DNA of 61,267 nt, from NCBI GenBank assembly GCA_002256025.1, contig NKIB01013256.1:1-61267 (forward strand), written 5' to 3'. Below the pieces are notes generated by a model that was given only the letters and a program-made list of their open reading frames with translations, was not told where the DNA came from and did not search any database. Source of the stretch: Asterionella formosa (taxonomy: Eukaryota). A program made the position numbers and the translations under genes. This document shows positions 35,741 through 47,632 of the stretch, in pieces. The number at the start of each line of letters is the position of its first letter. Position 1 is the first letter of the stretch.

Positions 35741-38104
35741 CTACCTAGGAACAATTTTTAATTGTTGAATCTCCTCGATGCCCTTATCAATTTGTCGCCA
35801 GCTCGTTGGAAACTCTCGGTTAAAGAAACTTCCTTTGAGGGGCTGAAAAACATGCATCTCGAGCTTTTTTTCTATTGTGGCATAGTAATATGTCGTTGGT
35901 AAGGTCCCGTTTTGGTATCCAGGAAGCTTCAACTTTACAGAGTAGTATCCACGCATTCTATTGATAAATCCTGTAAATGTTGAGAACCAGCATCCAAAGA
36001 AGACGTCTCCTTTTGCAGCAACCAACTGATCGATCATTCCGTAATAGTTAGAATTGACATCCTTCAAGACATCAAGATAATCATCCAAAAATACGACATC
36101 ATAGGCATCTTTAAGAGGTTGAAAAAATGACTTGTCCCGCTCATCAGTAGCGATAAAAACTGTCTTTTGACCGTGCAATACCCCTTTTGAGTTTCTCAAA
36201 ATGTCATTTGCCGAGATTCGAGTGGTCTTGTACTGAAAATCTCCTCGTCGAATGTGAAACGAGTCAAATGCTCCATTCAATTCAGGGTGCCGTTGCCGGG
36301 AGCGCTCCCGTACCTTTTCCACCACTCGTGCAGCAGCACATTGAATCTCGTCCATGTATCGCATATGATCTCTCATGAAACGCTTCATCCATAAGTCTTG
36401 CTTCCAATCTTCAAAGAATAGGAACGCATAGAAATGAACCAAGTATCTGATCCTCATCTTGTGATAGCACATGAAATGAACCACCAATTGTTCTTGCATC
36501 GCTTCATCATAAATGCAGAGCTTGCTTCGACCTGACAAGTTTTCTTGCAATCGCTTAAGTGGTGGCCCATCGACATCCGCGGGATTTCCTGCAAATGAAA
36601 ATTGATTGGAATCTTGAGTGACAATAAGCTTTTCCAATGCTAGAATGTCTTCGTGATCAACTGATGCAGGAAATGCAGCCAAGCATTTTTCTGGCTTCCA
36701 CATATGTTCAATGTAAGTCACATTTCTCAACCATTCCTTCAACTCCTTCACATTTTGTCCATCCCAATTTGTGCGGTTGTACGGAGGAAAACTGGGCTCT
36801 CTACTCAACTTGTCAACAAGTTTACCAGTCATTGCTTCAGACAGTAGGAATTCCTCCATAGTAATAATCTCTAATCCATCATTTTCTTGCGCCATTTCGA
36901 GCATAGGAAAGAAATGTGCAAATGAAAAGTCCGTGTTTTGAGACTTTTTGTCCTTTCCCAGTAAATACATCCCCTGGGCTGGTGGAAGAACAAGAGTACG
37001 CCCCATGGCTATAGCGAGACCGACGACAGTCTCCATGGCCATGCGAATATTGTTCCAACCACCACCATCTAAGGAGGAAAATTTATATACAAAAAAATTG
37101 AGCATAAATATTTGAAATCGTTCAATCAATAAATATCTTGAGAGATGTAACAGCAACAACTTACCTGGTTCAAACGTCATGTACTTCTTGTGTTCGCCAT
37201 TTTTCGCACGAAATGGTGACACATATTTTTGATCAGACGGAATATCGCTCCAGTAGACCATTTCCGCAGCTGATTCGGTCGAAGGGCCACCCCATTTGTC
37301 GCATTGAAGACCTGCAAGTTTTGAATGAACTGATGCGGTTTCTTTGACTTCTCCTGATACCTTTTCCTCTTCTTCCGAAATTTCTTGATCCTTGCCTTCC
37401 TCGATTATTAACTCCTCTTCGACTCTTTCTGCCTCCGCTTCTATACCATTCCATTCCTTTTCGTCGTTGCCCTCCTCCATTTCTTCGTCCCCCTTTTCCT
37501 CTTTTTCGTCGTCCCCTTTTTCCTCAGTTTCCTCTTCCCCTTCTCCCTCGGATAACTTCATATCTTCTTCCTCTACTCCATTTTTTTCGTCGTCACTTTC
37601 CGCTTCGGTCTCGTCTTTCCCCTCTTCTTCCGCTTCCCCTTCTTCCTCAATTTCTCCTTCCCGATCTCCTTCCTCTTTGAATAGCTCCTCTTCTAATTTC
37701 CCCACTTCCTCGTTCGCTTGCTCCTCTCGTTCTTCCTCCTCGTCCCCTTCTTTTTGTTCTTCTTCCTCAGCATTGACATCAAGCTCATTGTGTTGAGGAT
37801 TTTGGTTGTTTGCCTCATCGTCTCCCTCAGAATTTCCTTCTATCTCGTCTTCGACTGCTTCGATAATTAGACGACCCGCGTGACGAGGACGGCCTTCCAG
37901 AAACTCCTTCATGGCTTTGGCGATTGCCATGTCCGGATGGTGATGAACAAAGGTGTCGCCGTGAAGCATGTTCACGCTAACAGATATAAGACAACATATT
38001 CCTAGCAACACAAGAAGTGTCGTTGTCAAGCCAGATGCTGCAGGTCGATTCTGATTTGTGTTGCTCCTAGATTGGGAAGGAGCGGAGGATGATGAGCCTG
38101 CCAT
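35741..38104 (-). CDS. GDP-fucose protein O-fucosyltransferase family (O-FucT/POFUT2-like), type II membrane, 2 exons
   Basis: N-terminal TM anchor and Glu-rich stem. A 96-nt intron at 37164-37069 gives TFEPDGGGWNNIR. Also GRTLVLPP, HIRRGDF, FIATD, IDQLV and F.G...STFTGFINRMRG. Confidence 0.9.
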   Translation of the reverse strand: MAGSSSSAPSQSRSNTNQNRPAASGLTTTLLVLLGICCLISVSVNMLHGDTFVHHHPDMAIAKAMKEFLEGRPRHAGRLIIEAVEDEIEGNSEGDDEANNQNPQHNELDVNAEEEEQKEGDEEEEREEQANEEVGKLEEELFKEEGDREGEIEEEGEAEEEGKDETEAESDDEKNGVEEEDMKLSEGEGEEETEEKGDDEKEEKGDEEMEEGNDEKEWNGIEAEAERVEEELIIEEGKDQEISEEEEKVSGEVKETASVHSKLAGLQCDKWGGPSTESAAEMVYWSDIPSDQKYVSPFRAKNGEHKKYMTFEPGKLLLLHLSRYLLIERFQIFMLNFFVYKFSSLDGGGWNNIRMAMETVVGLAIAMGRTLVLPPAQGMYLLGKDKKSQNTDFSFAHFFPMLEMAQENDGLEIITMEEFLLSEAMTGKLVDKLSREPSFPPYNRTNWDGQNVKELKEWLRNVTYIEHMWKPEKCLAAFPASVDHEDILALEKLIVTQDSNQFSFAGNPADVDGPPLKRLQENLSGRSKLCIYDEAMQEQLVVHFMCYHKMRIRYLVHFYAFLFFEDWKQDLWMKRFMRDHMRYMDEIQCAAARVVEKVRERSRQRHPELNGAFDSFHIRRGDFQYKTTRISANDILRNSKGVLHGQKTVFIATDERDKSFFQPLKDAYDVVFLDDYLDVLKDVNSNYYGMIDQLVAAKGDVFFGCWFSTFTGFINRMRGYYSVKLKLPGYQNGTLPTTYYYATIEKKLEMHVFQPLKGSFFNREFPTSWRQIDKGIEEIQQLKIVPR
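37360..37860 (-). repeat. Coding Glu/Gly/Lys-rich low-complexity repeat in the O-FucT stem
   Basis: Purine-rich on the minus strand, encoding repeated EEEG/EKGDDE/EKGDEE units. Confidence 0.8.
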
Positions 38105-39379
38105 GGTCCCAATAACAAACGGTACGGCTTGTCGTTGTCGTCGCTATTACAATGAAAAGAAAAACAATGTCAGTGAACAATGCGAGGAGGTGGGGTTTTG
38201 TTTCGAAGATACCGGTACCATCAGGTACCTGATGGACAGATGCTGTCATGGACTTCGATATCGGATAGGTCTACCGGGTACACATTTCTGAATACCGGTA
38301 CATCATATTATATTATTATACGAATATAAATGGGTTGCATTTCGGTACTGCAAGTTGCGGTCATCATGCATATTGCTGTAACGGACAAAATAACACTTGG
38401 GCACAGGCGCTTGTTATCATGTTCATCATACATACAAAGAGAACGTTATCAATTCATTTTGAAACCATCTGTATCACAAATTCTAGAGACATTGGTTTTA
38501 TGCTGATATTATTCTTCCAAATGCGAAAACGTCAAAACGTGGGCATAATGATGGCTTAAATCGGGACGTGACAATCAATGCTGACCAGCACGCAATAATT
38601 TCTTTGTGATTATTTATGTGCCTAATGAGAAAGTGAAGAAATGAAAATAAAAAATTTCTTACTACATAAAATAACCATTTGCCTATACATACCGGGACAA
38701 AATTTCCATCTGTCACGAGGACTGCTCCATGTGTAATATAGATGTAGAAGAATCTACCAGTATATATGAGCGAATCTGACAAAGTCCCACACTACCGGTA
38801 CCGGTATATCGCTCATCAGCATTCTTACTTCATGATGGCGAGTGCCTGAGCGACACGAAAGAACTGCTATATGCTGAGGATAATTGATACGGTATCGACG
38901 TTACGAGGACATCAATACGAAAACCAATAGCTGGAGGGATACAAAGGGATTTAGGATGATGCTTGTTCGACCACAGCAGCTCCTCTGAATTCTTAAAAGG
39001 AATCGTCGGGATCAATTGTCAATGTCCTTTTGCGGAGAAATCGATTATCCCATTTCTTTTACGAAAGCCTTTTTATAATTCGGTATATTATTTTCCCAAA
39101 ATGGCCTTGATCGAATGCTATTCTGTTTACCAATTTCTCTGCACAAGCGCCGAACCTTCCTAATTGTTCTTCCTGTGAAGCTCAATATCACTTTCGGTGT
39201 ATCCTTGGTCGTGTGAACCCCATTCTACAACAAAGTCTTGCGCTGAAGTTCATCACCACCTACACAATAGCACCTTCCTAAAGCCCCCAGAAAACGTCGC
39301 AACTGATGTCGTCATGAATAAATGAGAAGGCGAATCAAATTCTCAACTCATATCTTTTCCGTAAACTGTTATCTAAGCC

Positions 39380-40195
39380 ATGAATCTACTGTCTGTTGTT
39401 ATCGTCCTCTCGGCCGCTAGATCTACCGCTGGTTTCACTAGTGCACCCATCGTCAGTCGAGCTATTACTGTTTCCAAGATGGTTGCTACCGAGGACGAAT
39501 ATTACATTGATGAAAAACGTAGATCGACAATGAATCTGATCCTTCTTGGATCCTCGGCCCTTACTTTTGCGGGTCTTGCAGTCCCCTACTTTGCGTTTCT
39601 TTACCCGCCAGTCTCTGGAAATGGAGGACTAGTGGTAACTGCGCAGGATGCGCTTGGAAACGAAATCTCCGCCAAGACATATATTGCCTCAAAGCCTGCA
39701 CTTGATCGTTCCCTTGTCCTAGGTCTCAACGGAGATCCCACGTGAGTTTTGTTGGACAGTGTCAAACCAGGATGGTGATGATGACCGATGTTGCTCACAG
39801 CCTTCCATCGGGTCTCTATTACAGGTACCTTATTGTCAAGGAGGACAAGACCCTTGAATCGTACGCTCTCAACGCTAGTAAGTATTGTGTCGATGAACAA
39901 AAGAATGATGAGAACTCAACGACTGTTGGACGTGATCTTACCATCAGCCCCCTCTTCTGTTTTCATAGTTTGCACTCACTTAGGTTGCGTGGTCCCTTGG
40001 TATCCTGAAGGGAACAAGTTCCAGTGCCCGTGCCATGGATCTCAATACGCTCCTGATGGTCACGTAATCCGTGGACCTGCTCCACTTCCTTTTGCCCTTG
40101 CTCATTGTGACGTTGATGCCAAAGACAACATGGTCAAGTTGTCTAAGTGGACCGAAACCGATTTCCGTACTGGCGAAAAGGGATGGTGGACCTAA
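39380..40195 (+). CDS. petC: Cytochrome b6f Rieske iron-sulfur protein, plastid-targeted, 3 exons
   Basis: Introns at 39742-39824 and 39878-39968 give GDPTYLIV...[36 protein letters not shown]. The signal peptide is followed by AG-F. Confidence 0.95.
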
Positions 40196-41052
40196 AGTAA
40201 ATACAAATAGGGGGTACAGATTTTCATGGAGGAGGCCTGAAACTCCCATTCTTGTTTAGCAAAGGTTTTGTATTGCTATAATAGTGTAGTACTTGTCAAC
40301 CTTTGTTCATTATTCAGCCGAGCTCCTTTTTCGTTTGCACTGTTAGTAGAAGTCTCAGGTATAGCTATTATATATATACGTGATCCAATATTATGTGCTG
40401 CCAACTACCGGTACGAATTTTGTGACCGGGAGTTGTACAATGAACACGATGGACTATTGATTATTGTGAGGTCATGGCGCGAGTACCCGAAAAACTTGAT
40501 TAGTATTCATGACAAGCCCTAAGAAAAAAATTCCTCAACATTCTATATGGCAGTAGATATGGGTAAGTTTTCCCGGTTCGCAACGTTTCAATGATTCGAA
40601 ATCGGGACACTGAGTATATACCGGTATTATATAGAATGATACACGCATATATACATATGGATGAGGTAGGTCTCCCAGTTCCCTTGCCCGCCCTTTGAAA
40701 GGAGTTGTACAATGAGCAGTACCTCCTTTCTAATGAAATGGCAAGTGGACGATTGTAGCGTTTTTGACTGAAGTGGATACATCGTGCAAAAGGCTCATAT
40801 CGCTCACGAGACGATTTTCCAGTATCATGTAATTTGCGATCCTTCCCTTCTTTGCTATTTCCACCGTTCCCTTCATACTTCCGTCCCTAAGAAAATCCAC
40901 TTAGTGTAACCCATAGCTCTTGATCAAAATATCGTGTGCGTCTTTTTGCATTTGTGTAATCAGCCAAAAACTGGGTGCCCTTATGCGCAGAGTTATTATA
41001 CAACGCAAATGATGAATTTTGTGGATCGACTGTGCTGTCAGATTGACAAAAA

Positions 41053-42825
41053 TTATGCATGATCGGCATCAACGCCTACAAATGTCTCGACATCATGATC
41101 AATATCTCTCCATGCCATGGGAAATTCCCGACCATACCACAATGGCACAGGTGGGTGATAGGCTCGCATTTTGTTACGTTTGTCCATATCTTGATAGTTG
41201 TAAAAATAGCTCTCAATGATACCGTCGTGCCAGCCCTTCGTCTTGTCGTTTTGAGACCGATACCCTCTCATGCGGTTTATGAAGCCTGTAAAGGTCGAAC
41301 AGAATGCTCCGAAGAAAACTCGACCTCGACTAGCAACCAACTGATCAATGATGCTGTAGTAGTTATAGTTCAAGTCGCCCAAAAGCTCTTGAAAATCTCC
41401 CAGAAAATACACGTCATAATGATCCATGAGTGGTTGAAAAAACGTTCGATTCATATCATCAGTTGCAATATACAATGTTGACCCATCTGGTATATCCTTG
41501 ACTGATATCTTATAAATGTCTGTTGCTTCCGTTAAATTTCCATACTGCTCCTCAAACTCTCCTTTCCTTCGAATGTGGAAACTATGGAACTCGCCATTGC
41601 CATTGTGTTTCTTTCGAGCTTTTTCTCTCATGGCAGCCACAATTCTCGCTGCGGCACATTGTAACTCATCCTTATACCTTAAATGATCTCGAATAAATCG
41701 TTTCGACCATAAGTCCTGATGCCAGTCTTCAAAGAAAAAGAACTGATAAAACCAAATGAGCAATCGAATGTTGGTAACCATTTTAGTTTCATAACTCCCT
41801 GCATCGTAAAAAATCTTGTAGTAAAGATAGGGTTCATCGTGAAGTTGTGAATCATACAGACACAGGTTTGTTCTTTCCGTCAATAATTCTTCCATCCTCA
41901 TGATAATTGGTGAATCCACAGGATTTGGGTTATCGATCCAATGACCTGGTCCTGGGACATGCTTCTTGTTAAGAACTAAAATGGCTTCCTCCAACGCTGA
42001 ATTGTTAAATGGATGTGCAGGAAAGGCACCCAAACACGATTCTGGTCTCCATTTGATTTGAACTGTCACACGCTTGAGCCAGTTCTTCATTACTTTTTGC
42101 CACGATTTATCCCAATTGGTTCGATTATTGGGAGGAAAGAGAACTGCTCCATTCTCCTTGTCCTTTAGCATTCCCGTGACACCAAATCGTACTATAAACT
42201 CCTCCATGGATATAATCTTCAATCCAGCTTGATGAATCTTGTCAAGTTCATAAAAGTCCTCAAAGGACCAGCGAGGAGATTCCATTTGTGGGTTCTCCTG
42301 CCCATTCTCGTTTTGAAACCCCCACCAGAATCCCTTGGGAGGCATAACTAGAGTTCTCCCCATGACGTGAGCCATGAGTATAAAGTTCTCAAAGGAAATT
42401 CTCTTGTTGTTGAACCCAGCTGGGTCTGCATCAAAGAAGAGAAATTTTTCTGGTGCGCTTGAATTGTAAAATGGTGAGGTATATTGAGCGTCGGTTGGAA
42501 TGTCTCGCCAATAGACCATTTCTGCTGTAAGTAGTTCATCACTTGGACCACCCCACTTGTGACAAACGAGTCTAGCTCGTCTTGAGGGTTCTTCGTCAAC
42601 AAATGTGTGTGAAGCTGATTTGTTCTCGGCTACAAGTGAAATCTCAATGCTATTCTTTGCAGGAACGGGCGTATTGGGAAATATCGCCGCTGGAAAGGTA
42701 GTGTCGTCAATGAACTTCAAACTCACAAAGCTAATGCCAAGAGTCAATAGAATACTGGTCGTGAGGCCAAGTGCTAATACTCGAGTCGTGGCTTCGTTCT
42801 TGGAGGCCCTCTTTTGGCTTGACAT
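41053..42825 (-). CDS. GDP-fucose protein O-fucosyltransferase family, paralog of the gene at 35741-38104
   Basis: Shares CxKWGGPS...EMVYW.DIP.D..Y.SPF, GFNN.R, GRTLVMPP, FHIRR, YIATD, IDQLV, STFTGFINRMRGY and REFP..WR.ID with the paralog. N-terminal TM present; intronless. Confidence 0.9.
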   Translation of the reverse strand: MSSQKRASKNEATTRVLALGLTTSILLTLGISFVSLKFIDDTTFPAAIFPNTPVPAKNSIEISLVAENKSASHTFVDEEPSRRARLVCHKWGGPSDELLTAEMVYWRDIPTDAQYTSPFYNSSAPEKFLFFDADPAGFNNKRISFENFILMAHVMGRTLVMPPKGFWWGFQNENGQENPQMESPRWSFEDFYELDKIHQAGLKIISMEEFIVRFGVTGMLKDKENGAVLFPPNNRTNWDKSWQKVMKNWLKRVTVQIKWRPESCLGAFPAHPFNNSALEEAILVLNKKHVPGPGHWIDNPNPVDSPIIMRMEELLTERTNLCLYDSQLHDEPYLYYKIFYDAGSYETKMVTNIRLLIWFYQFFFFEDWHQDLWSKRFIRDHLRYKDELQCAAARIVAAMREKARKKHNGNGEFHSFHIRRKGEFEEQYGNLTEATDIYKISVKDIPDGSTLYIATDDMNRTFFQPLMDHYDVYFLGDFQELLGDLNYNYYSIIDQLVASRGRVFFGAFCSTFTGFINRMRGYRSQNDKTKGWHDGIIESYFYNYQDMDKRNKMRAYHPPVPLWYGREFPMAWRDIDHDVETFVGVDADHA

Positions 42826-43099
42826 GGTGCTAACATGACTACAAGCATATTATATAATGTAGCGAGTCAATACAAATACTCGATGGGGACGATGATTGAG
42901 AATGACATCAAATAATACCGATAATATCATTCCATGAGACCAAATACATGTTGGAATAATACATCGGGTTCTTTCCAGGTAATTAGGCTGATTTCAGTCT
43001 CCCTTCGAAGCCCATGATCAATGAGTGACGACATCACAAAGAGGACACTTTCCCTTATCTTCGCTCTTTCTTACACAATCAATTGTTGGAGGAATCATG

Positions 43100-43500
43100 G
43101 TTTTCCAAACAGTTCAGTCCATAATATGGAATGGGAGGATCCCAGCTCCAGATATATATATATATATATATAGATGTATAAATGACAGGCTGGTGTTGGA
43201 GGCGATTCTAAATCAACAAGATATTTTGTCTTGGGACCAGCAGGTTCTCCTTGTTGGCCAGATCACATTCACAAGGGATGGCCCAGTGCCCTATACCATA
43301 AAGCATGACAACATCGTCCCGATAGAAAAGTTAATGCACTTTGGCCCACAAGAACATGAATAATGAGCCATGATATTTGGTATCATTACAATATGATGGA
43401 AATTAGTCAATCAATTTTTGAATGGGGAAGACGATGAAGATCAACTCAAAAACGGTTGACAAATCATTGCAAAGTCATTCCAATTTATTTTTTTAAATCT
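43100..43500 (+). mobile_element. Possible non-LTR retroelement C-terminal relic containing a (TA)n microsatellite at about 43152-43172
   Basis: AILNQQDILSWDQQVLLVG resembles the Q..IGW...L.G motif, followed by WKLVNQFLNG. Highly decayed. Confidence 0.35.
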
Positions 43501-44917
43501 GAAATATGGATCATTATTTAAACTCCCCTGCTGCTTTATCTCAAAAGATCTTATGAATGAAGTTTGTAGAAACTTCATCAAAGGCATGGACTCCAGACAT
43601 GGGAGCCAACCTACTGATTTATTGGGAAACTTTGGATCCGCCTTGCGAAAAGAAAGATATGAGATGATGTTGGAGGGAATTTGTCCTCAAATATAGAACA
43701 GGAAACCCTGACACTTTTCCACTTTCCCTCTCATGTCCTCATGGCACAAGTGTGATCTAGTTTTGAAGTACTAATCTAGAATTATTTTTCAACCCTGTAT
43801 CAACATCGTCATCCTCATTCCCAGGAACTGCGACAATAATGGCCATCAAGTTTTTGATTTTCTTGAGCTCTTCCCTCTGCAGAGTAACTGTCTTTCTTTC
43901 AAGTCAGTGACCCTTTTCAATAATGACATAATGATCTTGTTGGACTAATGGGCGAAGGTATTTGAAAAGGCATGACAAGATAGCACCGTTGAAAATCGTC
44001 AATTTTTTAGATGATTTCGGCAGGCAGACTTCTTTTTCACTGCCTGAATTTCAGGTCAAACCAACACCTAAAAATGGTCAGTACAAAATAACGTATGTAC
44101 AAGATTGATTTCCATCATCTTGAGCGGCCACCCCCTTGTGCATCTTACACAGAAAATGCTGATTTTATGTTTGACCATGTAAAATTTCAAAACTAAATAA
44201 CAAAAATAGCGTGTATTCTTGGATAATTGAATAGCATTTATAGATTTTTAAGAAAATCAACTAGATTTTTATGGTATTATCAGAAATCCGGTTGATAGCT
44301 AGTACTGAAGAAAGGCGGCCATGCAACACAAACCTTGTTAGGCATGACCCTCCTCAAGTAGGTAGGTCACTTAGTTCGCTCTAGACGATGAAGCTGGCTC
44401 TATGGAGTCACTTTAGTAACTCCCAATCATGAACTAGTCATAATATCAAATGCATTCCTGGAATGTGACTCTGCCGACATTTCCTGATGTAGCGACCTTT
44501 TTCATGTGTGGCGAAATCTAACCTTCTTGCTCCCATAAGAAGCAGGAATTCCTCCAACCTTAGCCTCCAATTTCTCAAAAATTCAACATACATAGGCTTT
44601 AAGAACTTCATGGCAAACAACTGTACTGACACTGTATCCTTAGGATGCCATAGTTTGTTCGCAAGAAGGAACCCGCATTTTGGGAATTAACGTTTGCAAG
44701 TAAACCATTCTAAACTTTCTTCCCTGCATGCAGGTGAAATCAAATTTTATGTTCACCCATCAACTCAGCTTGATATGTGCCATCACCAGTATTTTATCAT
44801 CATGTCCAAGCTCGTTTAGAAATTGCATTGTGTAAAAGAAAGCGTGGTCAGGTCTTCAATCTCTTGTCTCAAGGTGACACATTGAAATGAATATTTTTTT
44901 CAACAATCAATTATAAT

Positions 44918-46100
44918 CTACATTAAATTTAATTCATGTAATTCCAACCTTTTTCTTTCAATATTACCTGGAGGTCTTTGCAAACCCATGTTAGCAATTC
45001 TTTCAAGAATAACATCTCGAATGACAGAAGTACCAGGCACTACATCCAATTTCTCAACCGTTGGCAAATATCCCCAACCAAGTGGAGAATTGTAGACTGG
45101 GGTGATTTCAGCTAAAATCTCCTGGATGTCATCTGCCTCATCACTTCCAGTTAACCCAGAAATATCCTTATCAACTTTATTTTCGTTTATGACATAATTG
45201 TGCAAACGTGCACGTACCTCAAGCACTTTTGCAGTTGTTTCCAAGCCAGTTGTTACGTTTCTTTTTAGAACAGCCCATTTTGTCTGTAACAAACCAAATG
45301 CCATCTCTATCCTAATCCGTAGCTGGGAAAGCAAGAAATTATAGGCATCTTGTGTTTGGTCGCTCGTCACGCTGAGAACAAACAAATGGAACTAACATGA
45401 CATGATCTGACAATGTATATGCTGCATCACCAACAAGATAGAAACCAGCGTCAAATGATGCAGTTTTGTTGGGTAGAGCAGTTCTCTCAAATGCAACTTG
45501 ATCACTGCATCGTCCAGGAGCAATTACCCCAAAAAATATAAATCTACTCTCAACATCACAGATAGCCTGAACATTGATACCATAAGTCATGTAATGTCCA
45601 GAAAAAAAGCTCCTGGATTGGTTCCACAGTCATGTAGATTGGGGCGACTAATTCAATGGCACCAACACACCCTCTGATCAACCCTTCTGTACTCTTTTGT
45701 TCAAAGGCCATAGCCAATTTCACCACATCACTCCTTGTTTCGGGAAATATAATTTTCAGATAATCACAGTTAAGCACAGCTTCAAGAAATAAATCTTGGA
45801 ATCTATAGATTGAAGCTATGATGCTACATCCATATGCATGATAAATGTCAATGTACTAGCTTCCTTCAGTCAACCATTGAATGCCAATGGCCAGCACAAT
45901 TTCTGGGAAAATTGGAGTAGTTGTACCGCACTTGGAGAAATTCACAATGACCTCACTCGCCAGCAAGCAAGTAAACCAACTTTTTAAAGGCTCGTCGAAG
46001 GGCCATTCTATAAGTCTTTTCAAAAGCGTCCTTGTGACACAGCTTCTTGGCATGAGAATGCCATGACATTCTCTCATGCTCCCATTTCGCCTTCCTCTTT
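44918..46100 (-). mobile_element. HARBI1-like (DDE_Tnp_4) Harbinger transposase, frameshifted
   Basis: Motifs IRGCVGAI, YGINVQAICD..SRF.....APG..SD..AF, YLVGDAAY and AYNFLLSQLRIRIEMAFGLL..KW..L, LHNY.I are split over several frames. Confidence 0.88.
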
Positions 46101-47632
46101 TAAACTTTTGTGTCAGCCTCCAGAGCTACTAGTAGATGACAAAGGATAAAGAATTGATGATGGTCATTGTAATCAAAGAATTGATGGTTGTTTTCATTAC
46201 CAAAAAATTGATGACTGATGACACACATCATTACCATCATCATCATTGCCATTGTTGATATTCACGACACCTTCAGTCCAATATTGACCTATGGTACAGT
46301 ATGTACTACGCTAGATCTACTATATCATTAGATGGTATAAGTCCTATATAACGTTAACCTTATAGGCTCTTCTATACAGACCATATACTTGTTTACTCTC
46401 ACTGTAGAGATTTACACAATACACACTGTGTACGTATACCACGTCAATCATAAGTGAAAGGTGTACCCTTTTACATTATGCACACGACTACCATGGAACC
46501 CATACGTAGTACATATACATGTACATAAGAGTGATCATGATTAGTACGTGATGCCATACACACGGTTACTAGTATGTAGCTCGTAGTACATATTGCATTA
46601 TTTACACGCAGCTATATCTTACGTGATAACTATTGGTACTGCAGATGTATCTCTAGAATAGACGTGCCAATGCTAGGCTATAACATGACACCTAGCATGG
46701 ACTCTTGACACCTAGTACATGCCCTTCTCATCAAGACCCTTGTGAGTCCCCTTGGACTAGTAGGAGCTAATATAGATACACTAATCATTAAGCTCATAAT
46801 TACCCAGAACCTACTTGTTGAATCCTGACAACAACCGTAGGGCAAATATTGATCCACTTGTTGATTGTTGTGCACTGACAATGATGACATGGTGCTGATT
46901 GCTTGTAAACCTGAAAGGAGATCACAAGCAGAAGTGGAAGAAGAAGTGTAAAAGATAATCTTGCATGTCTGTGTCGACTCATCGCAAATCAAGAATTCAG
47001 CAAGTATATCAGTTAATAATACTTTTCTCGTACATAATACGCGTAGGTTTCCTACATGGTTTTAGTACTGGAAAATTATCGAAATAGTCTAGAGGGAAGC
47101 CTGGAGGGGTATGCACATGATTGTAGCAAGCCCGTAACCGTTGAATTTTCGTGACACTTTTTGGTGATACAATTTTGTTTTTGTTTTTATGGAGAATGGA
47201 TTTTTTCGGTTTATATACATATATTAAATCGAGTAGCCGTTGCATGATACTTTTTCAAAAAATATGATACCAAATCGAAAATGACAAGAACGACCCTAAG
47301 TGAAATTGGTTTTAACCTACAAACCGGCAAATGAAAATTGTTGTTGCTATGCATATTATTCCTCTATGTATAGTAGTAACCTGCAAACTTGTTGATCATT
47401 TTTATTTATAGACCGGTATATAAATTAACTTTTCGCTCAGAAATTTTCGAAGTTTTGAACGGGGGCAAGGCATCATGGATTGAAATTCAGACTGAATCAA
47501 GTCTAATAGACTGAATTCAGCCTAGCCAAAAAGAATCCGTTTGTTAAGCAAATTCACGCCGCTCGTCGTTCAATCGTTTTTTTTGCTCCTTCGCTCGTCC
47601 TCGCTGAGAATTCGAGAACCACATCGAATAGA

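Noticed and set aside
37392..37796. Ser/Pro/Phe-rich 134-aa ORF
   Set aside because: It is the reverse complement of the Glu-rich O-FucT stem.
47010..47300. Possible DNA-transposon right end (...GAACGACCC-TAA)
   Set aside because: No matching left TIR could be found in the window.
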